Assembly (NCBI GenBank): GCA_964540555.1
Contig: CAZINF010000002.1
Coordinates: 1 to 60,811 of the forward strand
Direction of reading: 5' to 3'
Length of the DNA stretch: 60,811 nt
Source of the DNA: an uncultured Syntrophus sp.
Lineage (GTDB): Bacteria > Desulfobacterota > Syntrophia > Syntrophales > UBA5619
The first letter of the stretch is position 1; the number at the start of each line of letters is the position of its first letter. This document shows, one piece after another, positions 46,211 through 55,979 of this stretch. A program made the translations under genes and the position numbers. The notes below the pieces were generated by a model. The model worked only from the letters and a program-made list of their open reading frames with translations, made no database searches and was not told the DNA's origin.

Positions 46211-46738
46211 TCAGTATTCCACCCCCTTTTGGGCTGTCCGGCCGGCATCTAATCCGTGCTTCACGCAGCGGATCTCGGAGACCGTGTCGGCGGCGGCGAT
46301 GAGCCGCTCGGTCGCACCCCGGCCGGTCAGGACGATGGTCACGCCGGGGGCCGCCTCCTTGAGGAGGCGAAGGACAAACCTCTCCGAGATCAGATCTCTG
46401 GCAACGGCATAACAGCCCTCATCCAGGATAACCAGACCGTAGCGACCCGAGCAGGCCGCCTCCGATGCGATGCGGAGTCCCTCCTCCGCCGCACGGCGGT
46501 GGTCCGCAAAGAGGGGATCGGTCTTAGACGGAACGAAACCGCAACCCGTCACGAAGATCTCGATACCGGGGAGCCTGCTCAGAACAGCAAACTCGCCGGT
46601 CTTTACATCGGACTTGACGAACTGAATGATCGCCACCGGGATCCCGTGGCCGTGCGCCCGGAGGGCCATCCCCAGGGCCGCCGTCGTTTTTCCCTTGCCG
46701 TCGCCGGTAAAAATCAGGATTCTTCTTTTTTCGTCCAT
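46211..46738 (-). CDS. cobO: cob(I)yrinic acid a,c-diamide adenosyltransferase
   Basis: The P-loop-like motif FTGDGKGKTTAALGMALRAHGHG and FVKS block of CobO/BtuR. Confidence 0.9.
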   Translation of the reverse strand: MDEKRRILIFTGDGKGKTTAALGMALRAHGHGIPVAIIQFVKSDVKTGEFAVLSRLPGIEIFVTGCGFVPSKTDPLFADHRRAAEEGLRIASEAACSGRYGLVILDEGCYAVARDLISERFVLRLLKEAAPGVTIVLTGRGATERLIAAADTVSEIRCVKHGLDAGRTAQKGVEY

Positions 46739-46739
46739 A

Positions 46740-47702
46740 TTACATATCCGTCAGTAACGCCGCGGCGATCCAGCGTACCGCCAGAAAAGCCGCCGCAGCG
46801 ATGATCGTAGCCATGAACATCAGGCGGTTCGCCGCAGGGATGTGCCCCCGCACAAGCGGTACGACTGGATCGCCGATCTCGGGCTGGTTTACGGATCGTC
46901 CCCGACGTACCATGACGCCTCCGAGGCGCACCCCCAGAGCCCCCGCTATGGCCGCCTCCGCGATCCCCGCGTTGGGACTTAGATTTTTTCTCCCATCGCG
47001 CCAGGCGATGCGCCACGCGGCGGAGGCAGGAAACCCCAGGAGTGCAGCGGCTGCAGTCAGGATCGGCACCGCCAGCCTCGCGGGAATATAGTTTACGGCG
47101 TCGTCGATCCGTGTGGCGGTCCTCCCGAAATCGATGTACGATTCATTCGTGTAACCGATCATCGAATCGAGCGTATTGACCGCCTTGTACGCCATCGCCC
47201 CGACCGGCCCGGCGAGAACCGCAAAGAAAAGCGGCGCAATGATCCCGTCCACCGTATTTTCGGCAACGCTCTCCACGGCGGCACGGACAACCTCCGTTTC
47301 GGTCAGACGTTCCGTATCGCGGCCGACCATCCACGAAACGAGACGCCGCGCCTCCGCCAGATCGAATTTCTCGAGCGCATGGTAGACCGCGATGCTGTGA
47401 CGGGCGAGGTCCCGCGCGGCGAGGGTCATGTAGAGTACGACGATCCCAACCGCATCCCCCAGGAGGGGGTGGATCTGCCCCGCGATCCCGATCAGGGCGG
47501 CCGTCGCAAGAGCTGTGATCGTGATGACGGTCAGTGCCGTCACGGCCCCGGCAACACGGGCATCAGGGATCGCCTTCCGTGCCGGCCCCTCCAGGGCCGT
47601 GATCAGTAGGTCGATCAGGCGCACCGGGTGGGGAAACCACCGGGGATCCCCGAAGGCGAGATCGAGCAGAAGGGCGATCACAATCTGATATTCCAGTTTC
47701 AT
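46740..47702 (-). CDS. cbiB: adenosylcobinamide-phosphate synthase
   Basis: The ALLLDLAFGDPRWFPHPVRLI N-terminus of CobD/CbiB. 320-aa membrane protein. Confidence 0.9.
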   Translation of the reverse strand: MKLEYQIVIALLLDLAFGDPRWFPHPVRLIDLLITALEGPARKAIPDARVAGAVTALTVITITALATAALIGIAGQIHPLLGDAVGIVVLYMTLAARDLARHSIAVYHALEKFDLAEARRLVSWMVGRDTERLTETEVVRAAVESVAENTVDGIIAPLFFAVLAGPVGAMAYKAVNTLDSMIGYTNESYIDFGRTATRIDDAVNYIPARLAVPILTAAAALLGFPASAAWRIAWRDGRKNLSPNAGIAEAAIAGALGVRLGGVMVRRGRSVNQPEIGDPVVPLVRGHIPAANRLMFMATIIAAAAFLAVRWIAAALLTDM

Positions 47703-47959
47703 ACACTACAGTCCCATCAGTTTACAGATCTCAGCCAGTAGCAACGTAACTAATCGTATATACATATATTTTAACTTGACAAACGATAAGACAATAAAGC
47801 ACTATGCGCCATGGTTGTCAATGACTTTCAATCACGTACCCTTTGATTACAGGGGAATCTCCGACACTCTCTGATTCTTCCTCATTGCCTTTTTCTCCCC
47901 GAGGGTATATGAAAAAGCCATTCCATTTCCTCTGAAAGTCGAAAATCGGGACTTCGTCT

Positions 47960-48700
47960 ATGGTGGGCGTTACTATGGATCAAAACATGCAGAACCTCGC
48001 TGAGCGAACTAAACAAGCCGTTGCCCACTATTGGCAAACGCGCTCTACCCAGAGACACAAGCAGGAAGAGGGAGGCAGAGCGGATCAAGGATTGCGAAGC
48101 GCCGTCACCGGCGGCGCACAGATGGACGGCTTTATTGACCTTTTCACTGAGCTCATCCAGTCTGCGGGTATGACGGGGCAATACATTTTTCGGAAGAGGG
48201 CTGTCGAGCTGCCCGGCTTCTTCAGGCCAACCAAAGAATGGGACTTGCTGGTCGTAAAGGACCGGATGCTGATAGCCGCGATAGAAGCCAAATCACAAGT
48301 GGGTCCCTCCTTCGGTAACAATTTCAATAATCGCACTGAGGAGGCGATGGGAAGCGCGCTGGATCTCTGGACCGCTTTCCGCGAGCGGGCATATCTTGAC
48401 AGCCCGCAGCCTTTTTTAGGATACTTCTTCATGCTTGAAGATTGCGCGGCATCCAATAAGCCTGTCGCCGTCAAGGAGCCCCATTTCAAGGTCTTCCCGG
48501 AGTATATCGGCGCCTCGTACATGAGACGGTATGAATTGTTTTGCCGGAAGCTCGTACTGGAGAGGCACTATACCGCTTCGGCATTTATCACCTCCACCAG
48601 CGTTGAGGGCCTCGCGGGCGCGTATGCGGCACCTGCTCCCGATCTCTCTGTGGATCGGTTTGCGAGAATGCTGGTTTCACATGTAAGGACCTTTGTGTAA
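47960..48700 (+). CDS. type II restriction endonuclease, XhoI/PaeR7I-like
   Basis: The block LPGFFRPTKEWDLLVV...IEAKSQVGPSFGNNFNNRTEEAMG matches my recollection of the PaeR7I/XhoI family. Followed 5 nt later by a methyltransferase gene. Confidence 0.65.
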   Translation: MVGVTMDQNMQNLAERTKQAVAHYWQTRSTQRHKQEEGGRADQGLRSAVTGGAQMDGFIDLFTELIQSAGMTGQYIFRKRAVELPGFFRPTKEWDLLVVKDRMLIAAIEAKSQVGPSFGNNFNNRTEEAMGSALDLWTAFRERAYLDSPQPFLGYFFMLEDCAASNKPVAVKEPHFKVFPEYIGASYMRRYELFCRKLVLERHYTASAFITSTSVEGLAGAYAAPAPDLSVDRFARMLVSHVRTFV

Positions 48701-48704
48701 GCCT

Positions 48705-49649
48705 ATGACGTCAACCACTCACAGACTCATCCATGGCGACGCCCGTGACCTTTCCTTCCTGAAGGACGAATCGGTCCATCTGGTCGTTACCTCCCCGCCA
48801 TACTGGAACCTCAAGCGTTACAACGAGAATCCAGATCAACTGGGCCATATCCAAGACTACGAAGCCTTTCTTGCCGAACTGGACAAGGTCTGGCGGCATA
48901 TCTTCAGGGTCCTTGTTCCAGGCGGACGGCTCGTTTGCGTCGTCGGCGACGTCTGTGTCGCCAGACGTGACTTTGGGCGGCATCTTGTCTTCCCCCTCCA
49001 TGCCGACATCTGTGTCTTGTGCAGGAGGATCGGATTTGACAATCTGAATCCGATCGTCTGGCACAAGATTTCCAATGCCTCCTATGAAGTGTCCAACGGA
49101 TCAAAGTTTCTCGGGAAGCCCTACGAGCCCAATGCCATTATCAAAAACGATATGGAGTTCATTTTAATGCAGAGAAAGCCGGGGGGATACCGCAAACCGA
49201 CGGATCTGCAGCGGCAAAAGAGCATGATTGAAAAACAGAACTTCGGCAAATGGTTTCAGCAGATATGGAATCTTCCCGGCGCTTCTCTGAAAAACCACCC
49301 AGCGCCGTATCCGCTGGAACTTGCGGTGCGCCTGGTTCGGATGTTCTCTTTTACGGAAGACACAGTATTGGACCCGTTTTGCGGCTCCGGAACAACGCTG
49401 GTTGCCGCTTTGAGATACGAACGCAACAGCATCGGCGTGGAGATCGATCCGGAATACTGCCGTATGGCGGCGCGTTACCTGAAAGCTGAAAGCTCCGATC
49501 TGTTTTCGAAGGCTGAATTAAGATTCGAAAAGGCCGTCTACGAGAGAGAGCGTTTCATGATCAGAGAGGACGAAGGGCTTTACCATGTTCGGCCCGCCAA
49601 AAAACGTCTCAGTGAGGTAGGTGGGCAACGGGCTCCGGCGGATGGTTGA
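48705..49649 (+). CDS. beta-class N6A/N4C DNA methyltransferase
   Basis: Motif IV VVTSPPYWN comes before motif I LDPFCGSGTT, the permuted order of the beta class. Confidence 0.85.
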   Translation: MTSTTHRLIHGDARDLSFLKDESVHLVVTSPPYWNLKRYNENPDQLGHIQDYEAFLAELDKVWRHIFRVLVPGGRLVCVVGDVCVARRDFGRHLVFPLHADICVLCRRIGFDNLNPIVWHKISNASYEVSNGSKFLGKPYEPNAIIKNDMEFILMQRKPGGYRKPTDLQRQKSMIEKQNFGKWFQQIWNLPGASLKNHPAPYPLELAVRLVRMFSFTEDTVLDPFCGSGTTLVAALRYERNSIGVEIDPEYCRMAARYLKAESSDLFSKAELRFEKAVYERERFMIREDEGLYHVRPAKKRLSEVGGQRAPADG

Positions 49650-49855
49650 TCGCACTATCCCTACCTATACGGCGGCGTATGCGGGATGCGCTTCCAGACA
49701 TGCAGGAGAGGTCTGCCTGAATTGTGCTTAAAAATGCCTTCGCGACGGGTGACTCGACCAAAAGGTGAGCTGATTTCTCAAAAGAGCGGCCACCGATCCA
49801 CCTTCCTTACCCAACCGCATCGCCAGCCACTGTTTTTTGATGCCAGTGATATCCC

Positions 49856-49884
49856 TTGACAAGCAAAAACAGCCCCACTATACT
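49856..49884 (+). promoter_or_regulatory. near-consensus sigma70 promoter for the second R-M unit
   Basis: TTGACA-N17-TATACT, about 40 nt upstream of the methyltransferase ORF. Confidence 0.55.
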
Positions 49885-49923
49885 TCAGTCCATCGAAAGT
49901 AATACCTCATCAAAAAAATACTG

Positions 49924-51327
49924 GTGAAAGCCACAATGCGCAAAGAGCACCCACATACCAACACCGGCAAGCCCGATCGCGTACGTGAGCAACAATCCCT
50001 CGACTACGGTTCCGCCCCCCTTACCGACGCGCTTTTCCGCGACCCGGCTTTTATGGAGAACCGGGAAGTCCCTGTACACCGGTGGGTGCCATGGATTGCT
50101 GGGTTTTCTGCGCGCTTTGTCGAGGATTGCTTCAGGTCATTCCTGCCGGCCCACCCACCCCGAAGGTATCGCGTCCTGGACCCGTTCGCTGGCGTTGGCA
50201 CAACGCTCATTTCTGCTATGCAGGCCGGCCATAACGCGGTCGGCTTCGAGATCAACCCCTATGCCGCGTTAGCTTGCAGGGCCAAAATCGAGGCTGTCTC
50301 CCTCGATTTGCAGCAACTGGACCAAGCGATTGCAGAATATGATCATACAAGCCGCAATGGTAGCCGGACCGCTGTGGGCGCGATTCCCCCGGGTTTCGCG
50401 TCACGCATCCCGTTTTTCAGTCCCAAGGTCGAGGAGCAGGTCCACGGATTCTTCAGCTTCTTAGATCGCGTTGCACCCCAACCACTGGTTGACCTCTTCA
50501 AGGTCGCGTTCGGTGCGGTCATGGTCGGATTCTCCAATTACACCTACGAGCCCAGCCTCTCCACCCGACCGGGCGCCGGAAAGCCCTTAATTGAGCAAGC
50601 CGACGTTCATGCGGCGGTTTTGGCGAAACTGCGGAAGATCCGTTCAGATATCGCTTGGCTTCAGTCGAGGCGCACCTCGTCAGACGCGCCACAAGGTGTT
50701 GTTCACTTGATGAGCTTCATGGAAGCCGGCCGCGTCCTTGAGCCCCATTGCGTGGATCTGGCGGTAACCTCGCCGCCCTACCTGAACAACTACCACTATG
50801 TGCGCAACACCAGGCCTCACCTCTACTGGCTCGGACTGATGGATTCCCCAAATGACCTACGGGACCTTGAACAGAACAACATTGGTAAGTTCTGGCAGAC
50901 GGTTAGGGCGCAAGGCCGCATCGACATCACATTCGATGACAGCGCCTTGGTCGAGGTCCTAAGCGCGATCAGAGAGACTCGAACAGACAAGGGAGTTTAC
51001 GGAGGTGGCGGTTGGGCGAACTACGCCGCGTCCTATTTTAACGATTCATACCGTTTCCTTGAGATTCTCTCCGGCTGCCTGAAGCCAGGTGGAGCCGCTG
51101 TCATCGTTGTTGGGAATTCCATCATCCAGGGACACGAGATCAAAGTGGACCAGGTGCTCGGTCGCATTGCCCTCCAACGCGGTTTTACCCTGGAGCGGAT
51201 CGAGGTGCTCCGTACCAAGCGGGTTGGCGCCAGCATCACCAAGTCAGCCGTCCGAAGGGGTGAGACATCTCAAGCCCATCTCTATGAAAGCGCAGTCGTC
51301 CTGAGGCAGGCAGGAGCCACCCGATGA
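49924..51327 (+). CDS. DNA methyltransferase (N6A/N4C type) with long inter-motif insert
   Basis: Motif I LDPFAGVGTT, then after about 200 aa motif IV AVTSPPYLNN. Start GTG 49924 or ATG 49936. The stop overlaps the next ATG (ATGA). Confidence 0.8.
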   Translation: MKATMRKEHPHTNTGKPDRVREQQSLDYGSAPLTDALFRDPAFMENREVPVHRWVPWIAGFSARFVEDCFRSFLPAHPPRRYRVLDPFAGVGTTLISAMQAGHNAVGFEINPYAALACRAKIEAVSLDLQQLDQAIAEYDHTSRNGSRTAVGAIPPGFASRIPFFSPKVEEQVHGFFSFLDRVAPQPLVDLFKVAFGAVMVGFSNYTYEPSLSTRPGAGKPLIEQADVHAAVLAKLRKIRSDIAWLQSRRTSSDAPQGVVHLMSFMEAGRVLEPHCVDLAVTSPPYLNNYHYVRNTRPHLYWLGLMDSPNDLRDLEQNNIGKFWQTVRAQGRIDITFDDSALVEVLSAIRETRTDKGVYGGGGWANYAASYFNDSYRFLEILSGCLKPGGAAVIVVGNSIIQGHEIKVDQVLGRIALQRGFTLERIEVLRTKRVGASITKSAVRRGETSQAHLYESAVVLRQAGATR

Positions 51328-51962
51328 GCGGTCAGGACAGCGCCAATGATTCCAGGGCGCCAAAGCCCTACAACCCTTTGGAAAAACGCCGGTTAGCGGA
51401 GAGCATTGTCCGCGAGCTTCTCGCACGTCCAGCCGAGCCGCTCCCCCCACCCGAGCTGTTCGTGGGAGCTGGCATATACCTGATTTACTACGCAGGCGAA
51501 CACATATTGTACAAGCCGCTCGCAGCCCTCAACAACACCGAGCCCACCCACCCGATTTACGTTGGCCAGGCCGCCGGTCCCGGCGCTAGAAAAGGCGGCT
51601 TCTCTGAAGGAACCAAGCAGCCGGCCCTCTTCAATCGCCTGAGCCAACACTCCGGTTCTCTCCGCCAGGCGACGAACCTGGACATAGAGGACTTCCGTTG
51701 CCGCTACCTCGTGGTGGACGATATCTGGATAGGTTTGGTCGAGAGCCTGCTCATAGAGCGCTATCGCCCCCTTTGGAACGTCGTTGTCGATGGTTTCGGC
51801 AACCATGACCCAGGCTCGGGACGCCACCAAGGCAAACGCCCTAACTAGGACACGCTGCACCCGGGCAGAGCATGGGCCAGTCGTCTGCAGCCCAGTACTC
51901 TGTCACTTGTTACGATCGAGCAGAAGGTCAGGGCCTACCTGTTAGCTTCGCCACAGCCCTGA
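51324..51962 (+). pseudogene. Eco29kI-like GIY-YIG restriction endonuclease with in-frame TAG at the conserved Trp
   Basis: The GAGIYLIYYAG, PIYVGQA and PLWNVVVDGFGNHDPGSGR blocks, then KRPN-TAG(51846-51848)-DTLHPGRAWA. The family block normally reads ..WD..HPGR.WA. The frame stays open to TGA at 51960. Confidence 0.7.
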
Positions 51963-52133
51963 GCACAGCCGGTATTAATTAACGTTTTTGTAACACTTCA
52001 ATCCGCAATCAACGGTGCCGCAGAAACTCAATTCTCACAAGGTGAAAGAGAGAGAAGTACGATAGAACCGGATGAACACTAAATTTTTCGGCAGACATTG
52101 ATCTTTTTGGAAAGAATGGAGGAAGGAACCAAT

Positions 52134-53138
52134 ATGGATGGATCGTTTTTCGCCTATCAGGTCGTTCGAGGGGGGGAGGCTTTCCAGGGGCGGATCGTGA
52201 AACTCCCTTTCAGCGAACTGCCGCCCGGGGATGTCCTGATCAAAGTCGACTATTCTTCACTGAACTATAAGGACGCGCTTTCCGCTACGGGGAATCCCGG
52301 CGTGACCCGGAAGTACCCCCATATCCCCGGCATCGATGCGGCGGGCGCCGTCGCCGAGTCCACGGCGGTAGCATTCAAAACCGGCGATCCGGTCCTCGTG
52401 ACAGGATACGATCTCGGGATGGACACGGACGGCGGTTACGCAGAGTACTGCCGCGTCCCAGCGGGATGGGTGGTTCCGCTTCCGAAAGGGCTCGACCTCC
52501 GGGAGTCGATGATCCTCGGGACAGCCGGCTTCACCTCCGCGCTCGGGATCCGGCACATGCTCCACAACGGCCTTGCGCCCGAAAAAGGGCCGGTCCTCGT
52601 CACCGGCGCAGCAGGCGGCGTAGGAAGCGTGGCGGTTTCGATCCTCGCGAAGCTCGGCTTCCAGGTCACGGCGGCGAGCGATCTGACCCAAACGGACTAC
52701 CTCAAGGAGATCGGCGCCGCCGAGGTGATCTCCTGGGAGACACTCAACACGGAATCCCCCAAGGCGATGCTCAAGGAGCAGTGGGCCGGAGCGTATGACA
52801 CGGTGGGCGGGAAGACCCTTGAGAACGTGATCAAATCGGTCCGCTACCTTGGCGTCATCGCCAACTGCGGCATGGTCGGCGGCGGGGCGATCTCCACCTC
52901 CGTCTTCCCCTTCATCCTCCGGGGGATCAAGCTGCTCGGCACCGATTCGGTTCAGTGCCCGATGGACGTACGCCTCAAGGTCTGGGAAAAGCTCGCCGGG
53001 GAGTGGAAGCCCGCCCGCCTGGAGCGGTTGGTCAAGACGATCACCCTCGACGATCTGGACGATGCGATCCAGGTCATCCTGAAAGGGAAAAGCACGGGCC
53101 GGACCCTCGTCGTGCCGAAGACGAAGGCGAAAGACTAA
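52134..53138 (+). CDS. acuI: YhdH/AcuI family quinone oxidoreductase (acrylyl-CoA reductase-like)
   Basis: The DVLIKVDYSSLNYKDALSATGNPGVTRKYPHIPGIDAAG block is diagnostic of the YhdH/YhfP subgroup of MDR. Confidence 0.85.
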   Translation: MDGSFFAYQVVRGGEAFQGRIVKLPFSELPPGDVLIKVDYSSLNYKDALSATGNPGVTRKYPHIPGIDAAGAVAESTAVAFKTGDPVLVTGYDLGMDTDGGYAEYCRVPAGWVVPLPKGLDLRESMILGTAGFTSALGIRHMLHNGLAPEKGPVLVTGAAGGVGSVAVSILAKLGFQVTAASDLTQTDYLKEIGAAEVISWETLNTESPKAMLKEQWAGAYDTVGGKTLENVIKSVRYLGVIANCGMVGGGAISTSVFPFILRGIKLLGTDSVQCPMDVRLKVWEKLAGEWKPARLERLVKTITLDDLDDAIQVILKGKSTGRTLVVPKTKAKD

Positions 53139-53241
53139 ACGGAGATCTTTTGCCGATCAGTCTTTTCCCCTCTGGTTCTACCCAAAGCGGAAATCCGCTC
53201 GATGAGGCCCTGTTTTGGTCGTGGTTACGCAGGGGACAAAG

Positions 53242-54216
53242 ATGCGACAAATCAAGTTTAACGAAATCGAGGGTATTCGGGTCGGGCATGCCGAGGATCT
53301 GAAGGCGGCCACGGGCGCGACGGTCATTATCAGCGAGGAGGGGGCGACCGTCGGAGTGGACGTCAGAGGCGGCGCTCCGGGGACGAAGGAAACCGACCTG
53401 CTCGATCCGGTCAATCTCGTCGATAAGGTTCACGCCATCCTGCTCGCCGGGGGAAGCGCCTTCGGATTGGATGCCGCCGCGGGCGTTATGCAGTATCTTG
53501 AGGAGAGAAGCATCGGGTTCGACGTTCAGGTGACCAGGGTCCCCATCGTGTGCGGAGCCGTGCTGTTTGACCTCTTGATCGGCGATTACAGAATCAGGCT
53601 GGACAAGGAAATGGGGTATCGGGCCTGCCTGAACGCCTGCTCTACGGAGTGCCGACAAGGCTCCGTCGGAGCCGGTGCCGGGGCTACGGTGGGAAAGATC
53701 CTGGGCATGGGACGGGCCATGAAAAGCGGCCTGGGCTGCCATGCCGTCGAGGCGGGAGATCTCAAAGTAGGCGCCATGGTCGCGGTGAACTGTCTGGGCG
53801 ATGTCGTGGATCCTCTTTCGGGGAAAAAGCTGGCGGGTCCGCTCAATGAGGATATGCGGACCCTGGCCGATACCGAAGAGATCATGATCGGCGCCTATAC
53901 AGACAAAAAAAACCTTTTCAGCGGCAATACGACGATCGGCGTTATCGCCACCAATGCGACCTTTACAAAGGCGCAGGCGACCAAGCTTGCGTCCATGGCG
54001 CAAAACGGGTACGCAAGAACCATGAGACCGGCTCACTCCATGTACGATGGAGATACGATATTTGCCATGTCAACCGGCCGAGTGGAGGCGGATCTCAGCG
54101 TCGTCGGTCTGCTTGCGGCAAGGGTCATGGAAAGGGCGGTGATCGCTGCGGTCAAAAATGCCGAACCGCTCTGCGGCCTCAAATGCCATGGTGATCTTGA
54201 ATCCTCGACGGGCTGA
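53242..54216 (+). CDS. P1/S58 family peptidase (DmpA-like aminopeptidase)
   Basis: GIRVGHAED..TGATVII and GVDVRGGAPGTKETDLL blocks, plus the NTTIGVIATNA self-processing region. Confidence 0.85.
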   Translation: MRQIKFNEIEGIRVGHAEDLKAATGATVIISEEGATVGVDVRGGAPGTKETDLLDPVNLVDKVHAILLAGGSAFGLDAAAGVMQYLEERSIGFDVQVTRVPIVCGAVLFDLLIGDYRIRLDKEMGYRACLNACSTECRQGSVGAGAGATVGKILGMGRAMKSGLGCHAVEAGDLKVGAMVAVNCLGDVVDPLSGKKLAGPLNEDMRTLADTEEIMIGAYTDKKNLFSGNTTIGVIATNATFTKAQATKLASMAQNGYARTMRPAHSMYDGDTIFAMSTGRVEADLSVVGLLAARVMERAVIAAVKNAEPLCGLKCHGDLESSTG

Positions 54217-54445
54217 ACAGGACTGTACCGCCTTGGTTCCCGATCTTCCGTCAATGAAAAAGGCAAGTTTTTAGGTTCATACGACTAAATGCCCCTTCCT
54301 GGAATCTTTATTTGACGCGCTTTCTGGAAGGGTGTAAATTTCCATCGCAACTTCTTAAAATCGTAAAATTGTTTTGGGGGCTCAAAAACCATTATGGCGA
54401 CCCTAAATTTTGGATTGAGTAATAACAAGGAAGGGTAGAGAATAT

Positions 54446-54946
54446 ATGGGAATAATATTCAAAGAATTTAAAACTGATACATACTGTGAAAATTGCAATA
54501 CAGAATTTCTTAAACAATTCGATGCATTTAGTGAAATCATAGAGCGGCCGTTACAATGCTCAAAGTGCGGTGGCTTGCTATCGTTGGCTTATGATGAAGG
54601 TTTTTATGTCCTAAGAGGTACCAACATAAAAATACCTTTTGAATCTCCTTATGCTAAAATATTTATACGTATTCCTGCATTTGTCGTGATGAGTATTCCC
54701 GTTATTTTGATCATGTTTTGGCTGATCGATGTAATTTCCTATGCCTTGGGCGATGCAATAAAAAGAGCCCTTCTTATTCCAATGTGGTTAAGGCTATATG
54801 GTACTGAATGGCCAGCAATTTTTCCGGGGTTATTGATAGTATATTTTATTTTCCAAGTAGCTGGATTGATTTACAATAATAGAAAATTAGTAGAATATAG
54901 CAAAACCTTAAAAAAAATAGCAGACGAATCAAAAAAAGGCAATTAA
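54446..54946 (+). CDS. zinc-ribbon membrane protein, function unknown
   Basis: A CENC...CSKC pair in the first 41 aa, then three hydrophobic helices and a Lys-rich tail. Lies in a very AT-rich segment. AAGGAAGGG RBS. Confidence 0.55.
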   Translation: MGIIFKEFKTDTYCENCNTEFLKQFDAFSEIIERPLQCSKCGGLLSLAYDEGFYVLRGTNIKIPFESPYAKIFIRIPAFVVMSIPVILIMFWLIDVISYALGDAIKRALLIPMWLRLYGTEWPAIFPGLLIVYFIFQVAGLIYNNRKLVEYSKTLKKIADESKKGN

Positions 54947-55070
54947 AAATACTCTAAATGGAGGCCATTTGATATCAAGGCTTTTATCGATGGAGATTGG
55001 ATAGATGACTTCAGATATTTGAAAGAGGCCATACACGAAAACGACAAATTAAGAGAAACTGAGAAAGCAG

Positions 55071-55697
55071 ATGACCCCAAAAAGGTATAAGAACTTAAAT
55101 ATGACTTCGGGATTGAGTAAAAAAACAATGAGTAATCGTTACCTATGCGGACTTACAACACTGGGCGTAGAGTTGAATCCGCCGTACTTGGGCAAGTGGC
55201 CGCTGAAGATTGGTCAGTACATGCTCAACTTCGGTGCTATTGAAATGCTCTCGTATCAGTACCTGAATGCGCTCGAAGCAACGCGCGCAGAATTCAATAA
55301 GAATCTCGACTGCTTGCTCGGCGGTAGGATAGAGCGTATTCTGACACTTGTAACTGCTGCATCCGCGATCACGGCCGCTGACAAAGACCAGATCAAGGGC
55401 CTCTGGCTTGAGGCGAAGGATCTCGCGATATGGAGAAATAGGATTGCTCACAATCCAGTATTGCCGACGTGGAAACCAGGAAGTAATTCCGATCGCGATC
55501 CGCCGGATCTTATTGGAGTACCGGACATGAGGCAAATAAGGTCCTCGGATGTCAGCGACGCGATATCTCTCGACGGCATGAACAAACTCATTGACGCCTC
55601 TGCCGACCTAGGGAAGCGAATTCACGAGGTGTCACGCAAACTGCCGCAGACCCAAACCATTGCAGTCGATCACGCCGACAAGAGGCGCTCCAGCTGA
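55071..55697 (+). CDS. hypothetical protein with HEPN-like Rx4H motif
   Basis: Predicted helical protein carrying WRNRIAHNP (nt 55434-55451), resembling the RNxxAH signature of Abi-type HEPN domains. The start is uncertain (55071, 55101 or 55128). Confidence 0.5.
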   Translation: MTPKRYKNLNMTSGLSKKTMSNRYLCGLTTLGVELNPPYLGKWPLKIGQYMLNFGAIEMLSYQYLNALEATRAEFNKNLDCLLGGRIERILTLVTAASAITAADKDQIKGLWLEAKDLAIWRNRIAHNPVLPTWKPGSNSDRDPPDLIGVPDMRQIRSSDVSDAISLDGMNKLIDASADLGKRIHEVSRKLPQTQTIAVDHADKRRSS

Positions 55698-55979
55698 ATG
55701 GCAGCGTTCTGCATTCTATAGATAATCTTCGATAGCTCCAATTATTACCTACCGTTTGTTTTGTAGGTGTAACTTAGTCAAGTCCCATTTTAATAGATTA
55801 TCAAATCAAAAGTACGTGTGAACCGGATGAATCAGTTTTTATTTATTTCGATATCAAAGGAGAAGATCGTGAGAGAGACTGATTTGTTGCGGGGGAGGGG
55901 CAGGCCCGGCTCCGACCTGAACATCCACACAAGCCGGACCCGAAGCTGGTAGTCGAGTGCTTTGCCAGGGGGGAAATCC

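Noticed and set aside
47703-47959. Cobalamin riboswitch upstream of the cbiB-cobO-cbiC-cbiE operon.
   Set aside because: On the minus strand there is a GCTACTGG and a loosely GGTGA-like segment. I could not find a B12 box (AGYCMGGAGACCKGCC-like), and the spacing is wrong. A covariance-model scan would be needed to call it.
16174-51848. Stop-codon recoding (selenocysteine, pyrrolysine or an alternative genetic code) as an explanation for the in-frame stops.
   Set aside because: Three different stop codons are involved, and all three also terminate well-defined genes at expected lengths in this window. The sites correspond to Trp, Gln and a variable position rather than Cys or Lys, and I saw no SECIS-like or PYLIS-like context.
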